Positions 8,912 through 17,264 of a DNA stretch of 24,863 nt are shown here, piece by piece (position 1 is the stretch's first letter; the number at the start of each line of letters is the position of its first letter). The stretch comes from Rickettsiales bacterium. Its GTDB lineage: Bacteria; Pseudomonadota; Alphaproteobacteria; Rickettsiales; UBA1997. Under the pieces are notes generated by a model. That model was not told the origin of the DNA, did no database searches, and saw nothing but the letters and a program-made list of their open reading frames with translations. Where the stretch lies: the NCBI GenBank assembly GCA_947441875.1, contig CANEUR010000001.1:1-24863 (forward strand), given 5' to 3'. The position numbers and the translations under genes were made by a program.

Positions 8912-9862
8912 TTAGAATTTTTTAAATTGGTGAACACCTTTCATAATAATATTAAAAGTACATAGTTTTATTGCCTCTGGATTAATAAAATCAATAGTTC
9001 TAACATCGGCAGTAAGTAAATCTCGCTCTTGTGGTAAGTAGGATAAATATTGATAATCGGTTTGATTTTGTGGATGATTTACAAAATACATCTCGGTTTC
9101 TAGCTTGCCAAATTTAGGGTGATAAACATTAAAATTAACATGCGGAGCTCTACCTTTAGAACTGCCTGGCATAATGGTGATAAAATGATAATTTCCTAAA
9201 TTATCGGTAATGGTTCGACCAGACATATTAAAATATTTATCAAAAAATTCGCTGTTTTTTTCAAGTAAAGAGTGGTATTTTCCAGCCGAATTAGTTTGCC
9301 AAATTTCAACCACTACATTGGCAATTGGCACCCCAAAAGAATCGGCTATATTGCCTTGAATAAAAATAATCTCGCCAAAAGCTCGATAAAAAGAGCCTGT
9401 TTTTTTAGCTAAATTGTTGGTTTTGCCAAAATTTTCTGGCATAGATAAATCGGTTAAAAAAAAGCGTGCAGGAGTTGGAACTTTTGGTTCGTATGGCGAT
9501 AATTTTTTACTAAATTCGGTTTCTATTTTTGGATATTGTATAACAATGTAAGGATCAAGAGCTTCTTCTTTTTTTTGGTTGTAAATTTTGTTTAACAAAC
9601 TTTCTTCGGTGTTTATTTTAAATAAATTTTGATTAAAATTATTGTTAATTTGTTGATTTTGAGCTAAAAAAGGATCTGGATTGATTGGAATATTTAAGGT
9701 ATTTATCAAATCTTGGGTGCCGTAAGTTGGTAAAGCAACATAATTTTGATTAGCATTATTAAAATTCTCAGAGTTGTGATTAGTCTCAGCTTTCGCTTGC
9801 CAAAAACTATAAAAAACTAGTAAAAAAAGAACAATATTGAAATTTTTTAAAGAAAAAATCAT
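8912..9862 (-). CDS. Secreted intradiol ring-cleavage dioxygenase-like protein (protocatechuate 3,4-dioxygenase fold), probably non-catalytic; about 316 aa from ATG 9862
   Basis: Signal peptide MIFSLKNFNIVLFLLVFYSFWQAKA; Asn/Gln-rich spacer; dioxygenase core 'GEIIFIQGNIADSFGVPIANVVVEIWQTNSAGKY', 'GRTITDNLGNYHFITIMPG', 'RAPHVNF', 'LETEMYF'. Confidence 0.8.
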   Translation of the reverse strand: MIFSLKNFNIVLFLLVFYSFWQAKAETNHNSENFNNANQNYVALPTYGTQDLINTLNIPINPDPFLAQNQQINNNFNQNLFKINTEESLLNKIYNQKKEEALDPYIVIQYPKIETEFSKKLSPYEPKVPTPARFFLTDLSMPENFGKTNNLAKKTGSFYRAFGEIIFIQGNIADSFGVPIANVVVEIWQTNSAGKYHSLLEKNSEFFDKYFNMSGRTITDNLGNYHFITIMPGSSKGRAPHVNFNVYHPKFGKLETEMYFVNHPQNQTDYQYLSYLPQERDLLTADVRTIDFINPEAIKLCTFNIIMKGVHQFKKF

Positions 9863-9866
9863 AGTT

Positions 9867-10436
9867 TTATACTTTTGGCAAAGTGACACCTGTTTGCTTC
9901 ATATATTTACCGTCTCTTTTATTATAAGGGTTTAAACAAGGTAAATCACCTTTGAAAAACAAAAATTGACAAGCTCCTTCAAAAGCATAAATTTTAGCAG
10001 GTAAGGGTGTGGTGTTAGAAAATTCTAAAGTAACATATCCTTCCCAACCAGGCTCAAGAGGGGTTACATTAACAATAATACCGCATCTAGCATAGGTTGA
10101 TTTACCAACACAAATCACCAAAACATCTTCTGGTATACAAAAATATTCAACCGTTCTTGCCAAAGCAAAGCTATTTGGCGGAATAATACACACATCGGTT
10201 TTACGATTAACAAAGCTATTTTCAGAAAAATCTTTTGGATCAACAATTGCAGAATCGATGTTAGTAAAAACCTTAAATTCGTCGGAAACTCTAGCATCGT
10301 AGCCATAAGAAGAATTACCATAAGAAATAATTTTTTCACCTACTTGATTCAATTTTACTTGATATTCAACAAAAGGCTCAATCATGTTATGCTGTTTAAC
10401 CAATTTTGCAATTGTTTTATCAGATAGGATAGTCAT
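9867..10436 (-). CDS. dcd: dCTP deaminase (ATG at 10436 preferred)
   Basis: 'MTILSDKTI', '[11 protein letters not shown]', '[15 protein letters not shown]', '[23 protein letters not shown]', '[14 protein letters not shown]'. Confidence 0.96.
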   Translation of the reverse strand: MTILSDKTIAKLVKQHNMIEPFVEYQVKLNQVGEKIISYGNSSYGYDARVSDEFKVFTNIDSAIVDPKDFSENSFVNRKTDVCIIPPNSFALARTVEYFCIPEDVLVICVGKSTYARCGIIVNVTPLEPGWEGYVTLEFSNTTPLPAKIYAFEGACQFLFFKGDLPCLNPYNKRDGKYMKQTGVTLPKV

Positions 10437-10535
10437 AGAAAAATATAATTTTGGATGCAATAACTCTACAATATTTTTAAACCATCTTTATAAAATGTAA
10501 AGTATTTTTTTTGCTGATTATAAAAATTAAAACAA

Positions 10536-10564
10536 ATTATATCAATTCACATCTTTTTTGCTAA
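10536..10564 (-). promoter_or_regulatory. Putative promoter of dcd-dioxygenase-like-rbfA-dxr-rseP (TTAGCA-N17-TATAAT, extended -10)
   Basis: Minus strand: TTAGCA (10564-10559), 17 nt, TATAAT (10541-10536) preceded by TGn. Confidence 0.45.
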
Positions 10565-10749
10565 ACTAAAATTTTATTGAACTTCAATATCATCCTTGCT
10601 AAATTCAAACCCTCATCCTTGATAAGGCTTTTTCGGCTTAGCTTTTTATTTTTTAAATATTTTTGTTTTAATGTAAAATTTTTCTTTTTTAATCACCCTC
10701 CCTCTAGGTGAGTGTGATTCAGAATCGAAATCAATTATAACAATTCCAA

Positions 10750-12537
10750 TTACTCATCTTCAAATATCTGCTGTTCTAACTGTTGTATTTCGCTAAAAAT
10801 ATTAGTTTTATAACGAAGTAATTCTTGCAACTGCAAAAAGCCAAAATTAACATTTTTAATGGCTTGCTGGTATTGATTTTCAACATTTAAAACCAGATTT
10901 TTTAACAATAAGATTTGTAATTTTTGCTCAAGATGCCTGCTACTACAAGCTGGCTTGTGCATTTTATTTTGCAATTCATTTAAGTAAATACTAAATTCAG
11001 AATCAGTAATTTTAGCAACCAAAAGCTCGGCTAATTGAGCTTTTTCATTATTTTCATCGCAATAGTTAATAATAAAATCTTTAAAATCATCAAGTTTAGA
11101 ATGCTGAAAGACAAGTTCACGAAAATTAAAGTTTTTATCGGTATAATCAATTAAATTCGGAAATTTGATGATAAAAGCCAAAATACTTAACAAAATATTT
11201 TCGTGTTGATTAAAAATAAAAATTGGTAAAGATGCTTTTTCTGTTGATTTATCTAGGTTTTTATTGTAATATTTGGTATTTCTACCCAACAAAAACAGTT
11301 GCTCTTTAAAAAAATTAGCAAAATGTTTTTTGCAAGAAGTATTTTTAATTAAATTTAGTTTTTGCTTAAAAAACTCTTCAAGATTAATTTTTTGTTCGGC
11401 TGAAATTTTTGTTTGCTGTTTATCGATGCCAAAATCTTGCAAAGCAAAATCAAAAATAGCTTGCGATAAATTAACAGAGTTATTCACTAAATTTTGAAAA
11501 TTTTCTTTACCGTGCAGTTTTAAAAAATCGTCAGGGTCTAGGTTATTTGGCAAAAACACAAAACTAAGTGATTTATTATTATCAATTAAAGGCAAAGAAA
11601 TATCTATAAGCCGTTTAGTTGCCCTAATGCCAGCTTGGTCGCCATCTAGACAGCTAATAATTTTACTAGTAATGCCAAAAAGTTGTTGCAAATGATGTTC
11701 GCTAATTGCTGTTCCTAGCCCAGAAACAGTATTTAAAAAACCATATTGATGCAGGCTTATTGCATCTATATAGCCCTCAACCAGTAAAGCATAATGAAGA
11801 TTAATAATATTTTTTTTCGCAAAAGCAAAATTGTATAAAACCTGACTTTTTTTAAAAAAATCAGTTTCAGCAGAATTAAGATATTTTGGCAATGAACCAT
11901 CTAAACATCTGCCACCAAAAGCTATCACTTGTTGCTGATAGTTATAAATAGGAAAAATGATTCTTTGGCGAAATTTATTAAAAATTTTGCTGTCTTTATA
12001 ACCAAAAATACCCGTTTCAAGAATTTCTTCTGTAGAAAAATGTTGTTGTTGTAAAAAATCAACAAGATCAGAATAAGAATTATTAGCAAAACCAAGCTGA
12101 AAAAAGTTAATAGTTGCCTCGCTTAAGCCTCTGTTAATTAAATATTGTTGTGCTGATAAATTGTTTTGCAAATTTTGTTTAAAAAACTGCAAAATAGTAT
12201 TGAGAATTAAATATTTTTTAGGTAAAGAATGGTTAGTTTTATGATTTTTTGGTAACTCGATATTAAAATCGTAAGCAAGTTTTTTGATTGCTTCGCCATA
12301 AGTTAATTTTTCGGTTTCACTAATAAATTTAACAGCATCGCCACCAGCACCACAACCAAAACAATAATATAAACCTTTAGCATCGTTTACTGTAAAAGAA
12401 GGGGTTTTTTCTTGATGAAAAGGACATAATCCTAAAAAATCTTTACCTTTTTTTTTAAGCTTAACTTTTTTAGCAATAACAGAAGAAATAGCTACTTGAG
12501 AGCGAATTTGAGCGGCAAAATTTACAGGAAATGCCAT
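10750..12537 (-). CDS. dnaG: DNA primase
   Basis: CHC2 zinc finger 'CPFHQEKTPSF...CFGC', 'FRQRIIFPI', 'PKYLNSAET', TOPRIM motifs 'VEGYID' and 'DGDQAG'. Confidence 0.97.
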   Translation of the reverse strand: MAFPVNFAAQIRSQVAISSVIAKKVKLKKKGKDFLGLCPFHQEKTPSFTVNDAKGLYYCFGCGAGGDAVKFISETEKLTYGEAIKKLAYDFNIELPKNHKTNHSLPKKYLILNTILQFFKQNLQNNLSAQQYLINRGLSEATINFFQLGFANNSYSDLVDFLQQQHFSTEEILETGIFGYKDSKIFNKFRQRIIFPIYNYQQQVIAFGGRCLDGSLPKYLNSAETDFFKKSQVLYNFAFAKKNIINLHYALLVEGYIDAISLHQYGFLNTVSGLGTAISEHHLQQLFGITSKIISCLDGDQAGIRATKRLIDISLPLIDNNKSLSFVFLPNNLDPDDFLKLHGKENFQNLVNNSVNLSQAIFDFALQDFGIDKQQTKISAEQKINLEEFFKQKLNLIKNTSCKKHFANFFKEQLFLLGRNTKYYNKNLDKSTEKASLPIFIFNQHENILLSILAFIIKFPNLIDYTDKNFNFRELVFQHSKLDDFKDFIINYCDENNEKAQLAELLVAKITDSEFSIYLNELQNKMHKPACSSRHLEQKLQILLLKNLVLNVENQYQQAIKNVNFGFLQLQELLRYKTNIFSEIQQLEQQIFEDE

Positions 12538-12593
12538 AAAAGAGAGGGTAGATCTTTATTGATTAATGAAAAATAAAGATTAAGGTATCATAA

Positions 12594-12670
12594 TGGTGGG
12601 TCTGGGTGGACTTGAACCACCGACCTCGCACTTATCAGGCGCGCACTCTAACCAACTGAGCTACAAACCC
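12594..12670 (-). tRNA. tRNA-Ile (anticodon GAT), 77 nt, CCA encoded
   Basis: GGGTTTGTAGCTCAGTTGGTTAGAGTGCGCGCCTGATAAGTGCGAGGTCGGTGGTTCAAGTCCACCCAGACCCACCA: acceptor stem GGGTTTG/CAGACCC, anticodon stem CGCGC/GTGCG with loop CTGATAA, T arm GGTGG-TTCAAGT-CCACC. Confidence 0.97.
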
Positions 12671-12724
12671 AAAATGAATTTTTAAAAAACAAAAGTTTTA
12701 ACAAAAAACTTTGCTATATCAAAT

Positions 12725-12753
12725 ATTCTAAAAAATAAAAAATGTAAAGTCAA
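12725..12753 (-). promoter_or_regulatory. Putative strong sigma70 promoter of tRNA-Ile (TTGACT-N17-TAGAAT)
   Basis: Minus strand: TTGACT (12753-12748, overlapping the nhaA stop codon), 17 nt, TAGAAT (12730-12725). Confidence 0.65.
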
Positions 12754-13970
12754 ACTTTTTTTTTGCAAAAAATCATTGAATTTGCATTTAGAGTTGTTAA
12801 TTGATATAAAGTTATTGCTAAAAATACAGAAAATAAAGAGGCAAAAAGCACTGCAATTTTTGTTGTATCTAGCAATTGTAAATCATGATTAGCAAATGCC
12901 AAATTACCGATAAAAATACTCATTGTAAAGCCAATGCCAGTAATAATTGCTACTATATAAAATTGCCACCAACTTACTGCAATTAATTGATGATTGGCAT
13001 TATAATATTTTGGTAAAGAAACGATATTTAATTTTATTGCCACAAAACAAAATAACATTACCCCAAGTTGTTTTCCTAAAAATAAACCAAAAAAAATACC
13101 AGAAAATAAATTATCACTTAATAAAGAAAATGAAATATGGGGCAAAACTACTCCGCTATTAGCAAAAATGAATACTGGCAAAATAAAAAAATTAACCGTA
13201 GGAGCAATAGTGTGAATAATTCTTGCCAAATGTTGTTTTGGAATACACATGGCTAAAATCACTCCAGCAATAGTTGCATGAACTCCTGATTTTAAAATAG
13301 TAAGCCATAAAAAAAAACCGAAAAATAAATATAAAGCAACAAGAATTTTTTTTGATAAATGATAAAATCTAGACAGAATAAACAAGCAAAATAGAGGCAA
13401 AAAAGCTAATAATAAAAAAGATAAATTTAAATTTTGAGTATAAAATAAAGCAATAATGACAATCGCCACTAAATCATCAAAAATTGCTAAAGAAATTAAA
13501 AAAACTTTTAAAGATTGACAAATTATTTTGCCAAAAAAAGATACAACACCATAAGCAAAAGCAATGTCTGTAGCAATTGGCACAGCAAAGCCTGCTAAAT
13601 AATTTGGTTGATGTTGATTAAAAAAATAAAAAATTGTTGCTGGTAAAATAATTCCACCCACCGCTCCAATAATAGGTAGCATCGCCTGATGTTTGCTCGA
13701 TAAAGTTCCAATAGTTAGTTCTTGTTTTAATTCGCTACCAACCATTAAAAAAAATATCGCCATTAAAAAATCGTTAATCCAATCAAGCAAACTCATATTT
13801 TTACTAATACCAAGGGTTTTTAGTTCTAGTGGAATTGCAAGAGAAAAAATATTTTGATAATAGGTAAGTAAAGGCGAATTAGCAACAAATAAAGCTAAAG
13901 AAGCGGCAATTAAAAGCAAAACACCAGTTGCTGATTCTAGTTCAAAAACTCTTTTAATAATTTTTATCAT
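12750..13970 (-). CDS. nhaA: Na+/H+ antiporter NhaA (ATG at 13970 preferred over TTG 13991)
   Basis: 'WINDFLMAIFF', 'ATDIAFA', 'LAIFDDL' (D163/D164 equivalents), 'LKSGVHATIAGV', 'GKQLG' (K300 equivalent) and 'GIGFTMSIFI'. Confidence 0.93.
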   Translation of the reverse strand: MIKIIKRVFELESATGVLLLIAASLALFVANSPLLTYYQNIFSLAIPLELKTLGISKNMSLLDWINDFLMAIFFLMVGSELKQELTIGTLSSKHQAMLPIIGAVGGIILPATIFYFFNQHQPNYLAGFAVPIATDIAFAYGVVSFFGKIICQSLKVFLISLAIFDDLVAIVIIALFYTQNLNLSFLLLAFLPLFCLFILSRFYHLSKKILVALYLFFGFFLWLTILKSGVHATIAGVILAMCIPKQHLARIIHTIAPTVNFFILPVFIFANSGVVLPHISFSLLSDNLFSGIFFGLFLGKQLGVMLFCFVAIKLNIVSLPKYYNANHQLIAVSWWQFYIVAIITGIGFTMSIFIGNLAFANHDLQLLDTTKIAVLFASLFSVFLAITLYQLTTLNANSMIFCKKKV

Positions 13971-13981
13971 AGATAATGATT

Positions 13982-15304
13982 TTATATCCAATCAGGATCT
14001 ATTGCCCCTTCGTCTGGTGGAGTGGGTATTTGATGTTCATAACCTGTGATAATATCGATAATATATAATTTTGGTACCGAGTTTTTGCCGTAGGCTCCAA
14101 GCTTTTTAGAGTAAATTAAATAACGATCGTTTGGTGACCATCTTGCTCCCTCCACTAAATAAGCTGTTGTTAACAATTTTTCACCGCCTCCATTACTTGA
14201 CATAATGCCAATAAAAAATTTACCACCTTTAATTTTAGTAAAAGCGATAAATTTACCATTTTTTGACCATATAGGTTTTGAGTAAGAACCTCCGCCGTTA
14301 CTGATTTTTTCGAGGCTTAAGCCATCACTTGACATAACATAAAGTTGTTGGCTACCACTTCTATCGGAAGAAAAAACAATTTTTTTACCATCAGGCGAAT
14401 AAGAGGCGGTAGTATCGATGCCAAGATTACTAGTTAAACGCTTGGCGGTGTTCTGCTCGGTATCTATTTCAAAAATATCACTGTTACCATCTTCGATGGC
14501 GGTGATTAATAATTTATTATCATCAAGAGGATGAATACTGGGAGCTAAAGTAGTGTTGCGAAAACCACCAATTTTTTGAGTTCTGGTAGAGTGAATATTT
14601 AAAGAAAATATTTGTGGCTTTTGCTGAAAATAACGTAGATAAAAAATTTCGTCTCTTCTCTTGGCAAAAACAGGAGTTAAAACCATTTCGGAACCATCGG
14701 TTAAATTACGATAGTTGCTACCATCAAAATCTATTACCGAGATTTTTTTGATTCTTTTTTTAAAACCACCAGTTTCAGAAATATAAAGAATTTGTGAGTT
14801 AAAATGACCAGTTTCTTCGCCACTTACCGAGCGATAAATTTCGTTACTGATTAAATTAGCAATTTTACCATAACTATCTTTTGATGCCGAATAATATTTG
14901 CCGAAAATTTGTTTTTTTTCAAAAATATCCCACATTCTGATTTTAATTTCGAGGTTACCAATGGAATCGTAATTAAAACTAGCAATAATAATGCCGTCTA
15001 TGCCTGTTTTTTGATATTGACTAAAATTTGGCGGTAGGTTAATATCAAAAGTTTCTGAGTTGATAATTTCAGAAAACTCAGCAGAAGTGGTTTTTGGCTC
15101 TTTAATAAGACTTTCAGAAAGACCTGTGGTTTTTAAGTTGTTTAAAATTTTTTGTAATATTTGTTGACTATCTGGGTTGGTATCGAAGCCAGAAAATAAA
15201 AGTTTTGCTTTATATTGATTGCTATCGATGTTAATGTTTACCGCACCAATTGCTAAGTGAGTATGAAAAATAACCAAAAATAGTAGCACAAATAATTTTT
15301 TCAT
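13982..15304 (-). CDS. tolB: Tol-Pal system beta-propeller protein TolB
   Basis: Signal peptide; '[10 protein letters not shown]...[15 protein letters not shown]'; PD40-type repeats ('[18 protein letters not shown]', 'PIWSKNG', 'ARWSPND'). Confidence 0.93.
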   Translation of the reverse strand: MKKLFVLLFLVIFHTHLAIGAVNINIDSNQYKAKLLFSGFDTNPDSQQILQKILNNLKTTGLSESLIKEPKTTSAEFSEIINSETFDINLPPNFSQYQKTGIDGIIIASFNYDSIGNLEIKIRMWDIFEKKQIFGKYYSASKDSYGKIANLISNEIYRSVSGEETGHFNSQILYISETGGFKKRIKKISVIDFDGSNYRNLTDGSEMVLTPVFAKRRDEIFYLRYFQQKPQIFSLNIHSTRTQKIGGFRNTTLAPSIHPLDDNKLLITAIEDGNSDIFEIDTEQNTAKRLTSNLGIDTTASYSPDGKKIVFSSDRSGSQQLYVMSSDGLSLEKISNGGGSYSKPIWSKNGKFIAFTKIKGGKFFIGIMSSNGGGEKLLTTAYLVEGARWSPNDRYLIYSKKLGAYGKNSVPKLYIIDIITGYEHQIPTPPDEGAIDPDWI

Positions 15305-15849
15305 AACTGATCGATAATGATGTTGCGATTAGTATAAACACAAAGATCGGCGGCTATTGTTAATGATTTTTCAACAATTTGATAGGCAGATAAACTAGAA
15401 TCAGCCAAAGCTCGAGCCGCAGCTAAGGCAAAATTACCACCAGAACCAATGCCAATAATACCATCTTCTGGCTCTAGCACATCGCCATTACCAGTAAGAA
15501 CAAGTGAAATATTGCTATCAATAACAATCATCATAGCCTCGAGCCTTCTTAGATATTTATCGGTTCGCCAATCTTTGGCAAGCTCTACACAAGCTCGCAT
15601 CAATTGTTTTGGATATTGTTCTAGTTTGCCTTCTAGCCTTTCAAATAAAGTAAAAGCATCAGCCGTAGCCCCAGCAAAACCAACAATAATAGAGCCATCA
15701 GATATTCTTCTGATTTTTTTAGCATTTGATTTTAAAACTGTTTGCCCCAAAGACACCTGCCCATCACCGCCAATGGCTACCTGATTATTTTTGCGAACCG
15801 CCAAAATAGTAGTGCCATAAATAGTAGAAGAATTTTTATGTTCGAGCAT
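15301..15849 (-). CDS. hslV: ATP-dependent protease subunit HslV (ATG at 15849; short propeptide before catalytic Thr)
   Basis: 'G|TTILAVRK', 'GGDGQVSLG', '[17 protein letters not shown]', '[17 protein letters not shown]', '[11 protein letters not shown]', 'CVYTN'. Confidence 0.97.
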   Translation of the reverse strand: MLEHKNSSTIYGTTILAVRKNNQVAIGGDGQVSLGQTVLKSNAKKIRRISDGSIIVGFAGATADAFTLFERLEGKLEQYPKQLMRACVELAKDWRTDKYLRRLEAMMIVIDSNISLVLTGNGDVLEPEDGIIGIGSGGNFALAAARALADSSLSAYQIVEKSLTIAADLCVYTNRNIIIDQL

Positions 15850-15945
15850 AATTTTTGTTGTAAAATTGATTTTATAGATCATTATGGAACTGTTGTAAAA
15901 ATATATTTGAGATACAACATTGCAGTTTTAGTTTAGCAAGCAAAA

Positions 15946-15954
15946 TGCTATAAT
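15946..15954 (+). promoter_or_regulatory. Extended -10 element (TGCTATAAT) upstream of ampG-virB4-virB6
   Basis: TGn+TATAAT ends 15 nt before the ampG ATG; no convincing -35 at canonical spacing. Confidence 0.45.
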
Positions 15955-15969
15955 TCAACAATTAAATTT

Positions 15970-17256
15970 ATGTTTTTAAAACTACTAAACAACAAAAATT
16001 TTTTTATTATCGCTTGCCTAGGTTTTGTAGCTGGTTTGCCTTTAGCCCTTATTTTATCTACTCTAAAAGCCACATTATTTGAAAATGGTTTTGATTTATC
16101 AACCATCGGTTTTTTATCGTTGCTTTCTTTGCCTTATTCTTTAAAAATGCTCGTCGCTCCTATTTTTGATTGTTTTAATGTGCCATTTTTACACAAAAAA
16201 TTTGGTCAGAAAAAATCATGGATTTTGATATTACAGTGTTTACTAACTATTTCTTGTTTTGGATTATCTTCGGCGGTTTGGCAAAATAACTTGTGGCTAA
16301 TTATGATTTTTGCTGTGTTGATTGCTGTTTTTTCGGCTTGTCAAGATATTGTGATTGATGCTTATAGAATTGAAAATTTTACTTTACAAAATCAGGGAAT
16401 TGCTACCATGATTTATGTTTATGGTTATCGCTTCGGAATGCTTATTTCTGGTGGTTTTGCTTTATATTTAGCAACTCAATTTGCTTGGTATATGGTTTAT
16501 TTTATTATGGCTTGTTTAGTATTTTTTTTCATGATTTTGTTAATCATTACTCATTCATATAAAGACCAAAAAATTACTTTACCAACAAATAAAATTAATA
16601 TCTTAAAACAATCTTGGCTGTTTATTATTGATGCTTATCGTGATTTAGCTAGTAAAAATAAATGGTATTTTATATTGCTTTTTATAATTTTCTTTAAACT
16701 TACCGATGCTTTTGCGGGCAATATGATTATGCCTTTTTTATTAGATATTGGATATTCTAAAAAAGAGTTGGCAACAATTTTAAAAACTTGCGGACTATTT
16801 ACCACTTTATTTGGGGTGTTTTTAGGAGCGATTTTAGTCAAAAAAATTAACATGAATCGGTTACTTTATTTTGCTTTATTACTACAAGCATTTTCAAATT
16901 TAGCTTTTTGTTATTTGGCAAAAGAAAATCAACAATATATTAATTTCTGGAACTTAAATTTTGATATACATTTACTTTTAGTGGTTTTTATTGAAAATAT
17001 CAGCGGAGGTATTGGCGATGTAGTTTTTGTTGCTTATCTCACTTCGTTATGCAATAAAAATTTTTCCGCTACTCAATATGCCTTGTTTAGCTCGTTAGGT
17101 TCTTTAGCAAGAAGCTTATTGGCTAGCTTATCTGGAATTTATGCTAATTATTTGGGTTGGTATATTTTTTTTATCTTTTCTGTTTTTTTAGTAATTCCAG
17201 CTCTTGCTTTTTTATTTTTAATTGGTAAAAATAGTATTTCAGAAAAAAATAATTAA
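15970..17256 (+). CDS. ampG: AmpG-family MFS muropeptide permease
   Basis: 'LGFVAGLPL', 'LPYSLK..AP..D', 'FSACQDIVIDAYRIE', 'SATQYALFSSL'; about 12 hydrophobic segments. Confidence 0.9.
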   Translation: MFLKLLNNKNFFIIACLGFVAGLPLALILSTLKATLFENGFDLSTIGFLSLLSLPYSLKMLVAPIFDCFNVPFLHKKFGQKKSWILILQCLLTISCFGLSSAVWQNNLWLIMIFAVLIAVFSACQDIVIDAYRIENFTLQNQGIATMIYVYGYRFGMLISGGFALYLATQFAWYMVYFIMACLVFFFMILLIITHSYKDQKITLPTNKINILKQSWLFIIDAYRDLASKNKWYFILLFIIFFKLTDAFAGNMIMPFLLDIGYSKKELATILKTCGLFTTLFGVFLGAILVKKINMNRLLYFALLLQAFSNLAFCYLAKENQQYINFWNLNFDIHLLLVVFIENISGGIGDVVFVAYLTSLCNKNFSATQYALFSSLGSLARSLLASLSGIYANYLGWYIFFIFSVFLVIPALAFLFLIGKNSISEKNN

Positions 17257-17264
17257 CATAACAT

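Noticed and set aside
10560-10692. Stop-free minus-strand frame of about 43 codons between dnaG and dcd
   Set aside because: No start codon near its 5' end and no recognisable similarity; stop-free frames of this length are common by chance.
12594-12670. tRNA-Ile as the attachment site of an integrated element
   Set aside because: No integrase, no duplicated tRNA 3' end seen, and core genes lie on both sides.
15900-15945. Sigma32 (RpoH) promoter for hslV (CTTGCT...TGTATCT)
   Set aside because: The spacer is longer than the alphaproteobacterial RpoH consensus and the -10 match is poor.
15850-15969. Strand switch (mostly minus genes to the left, plus to the right, dnaN downstream) suggesting oriC
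   Set aside because: The spacer is only about 120 nt, has no DnaA boxes (TTATCCACA-like), no dnaA or hemE is nearby, and thyX-tatA-exoD break the strand bias.
16900-17264. A hidden virB3 upstream of virB4
   Set aside because: The region is occupied by the conserved AmpG C-terminus, the gap is 8 nt, and I recognised no VirB3-like frame.
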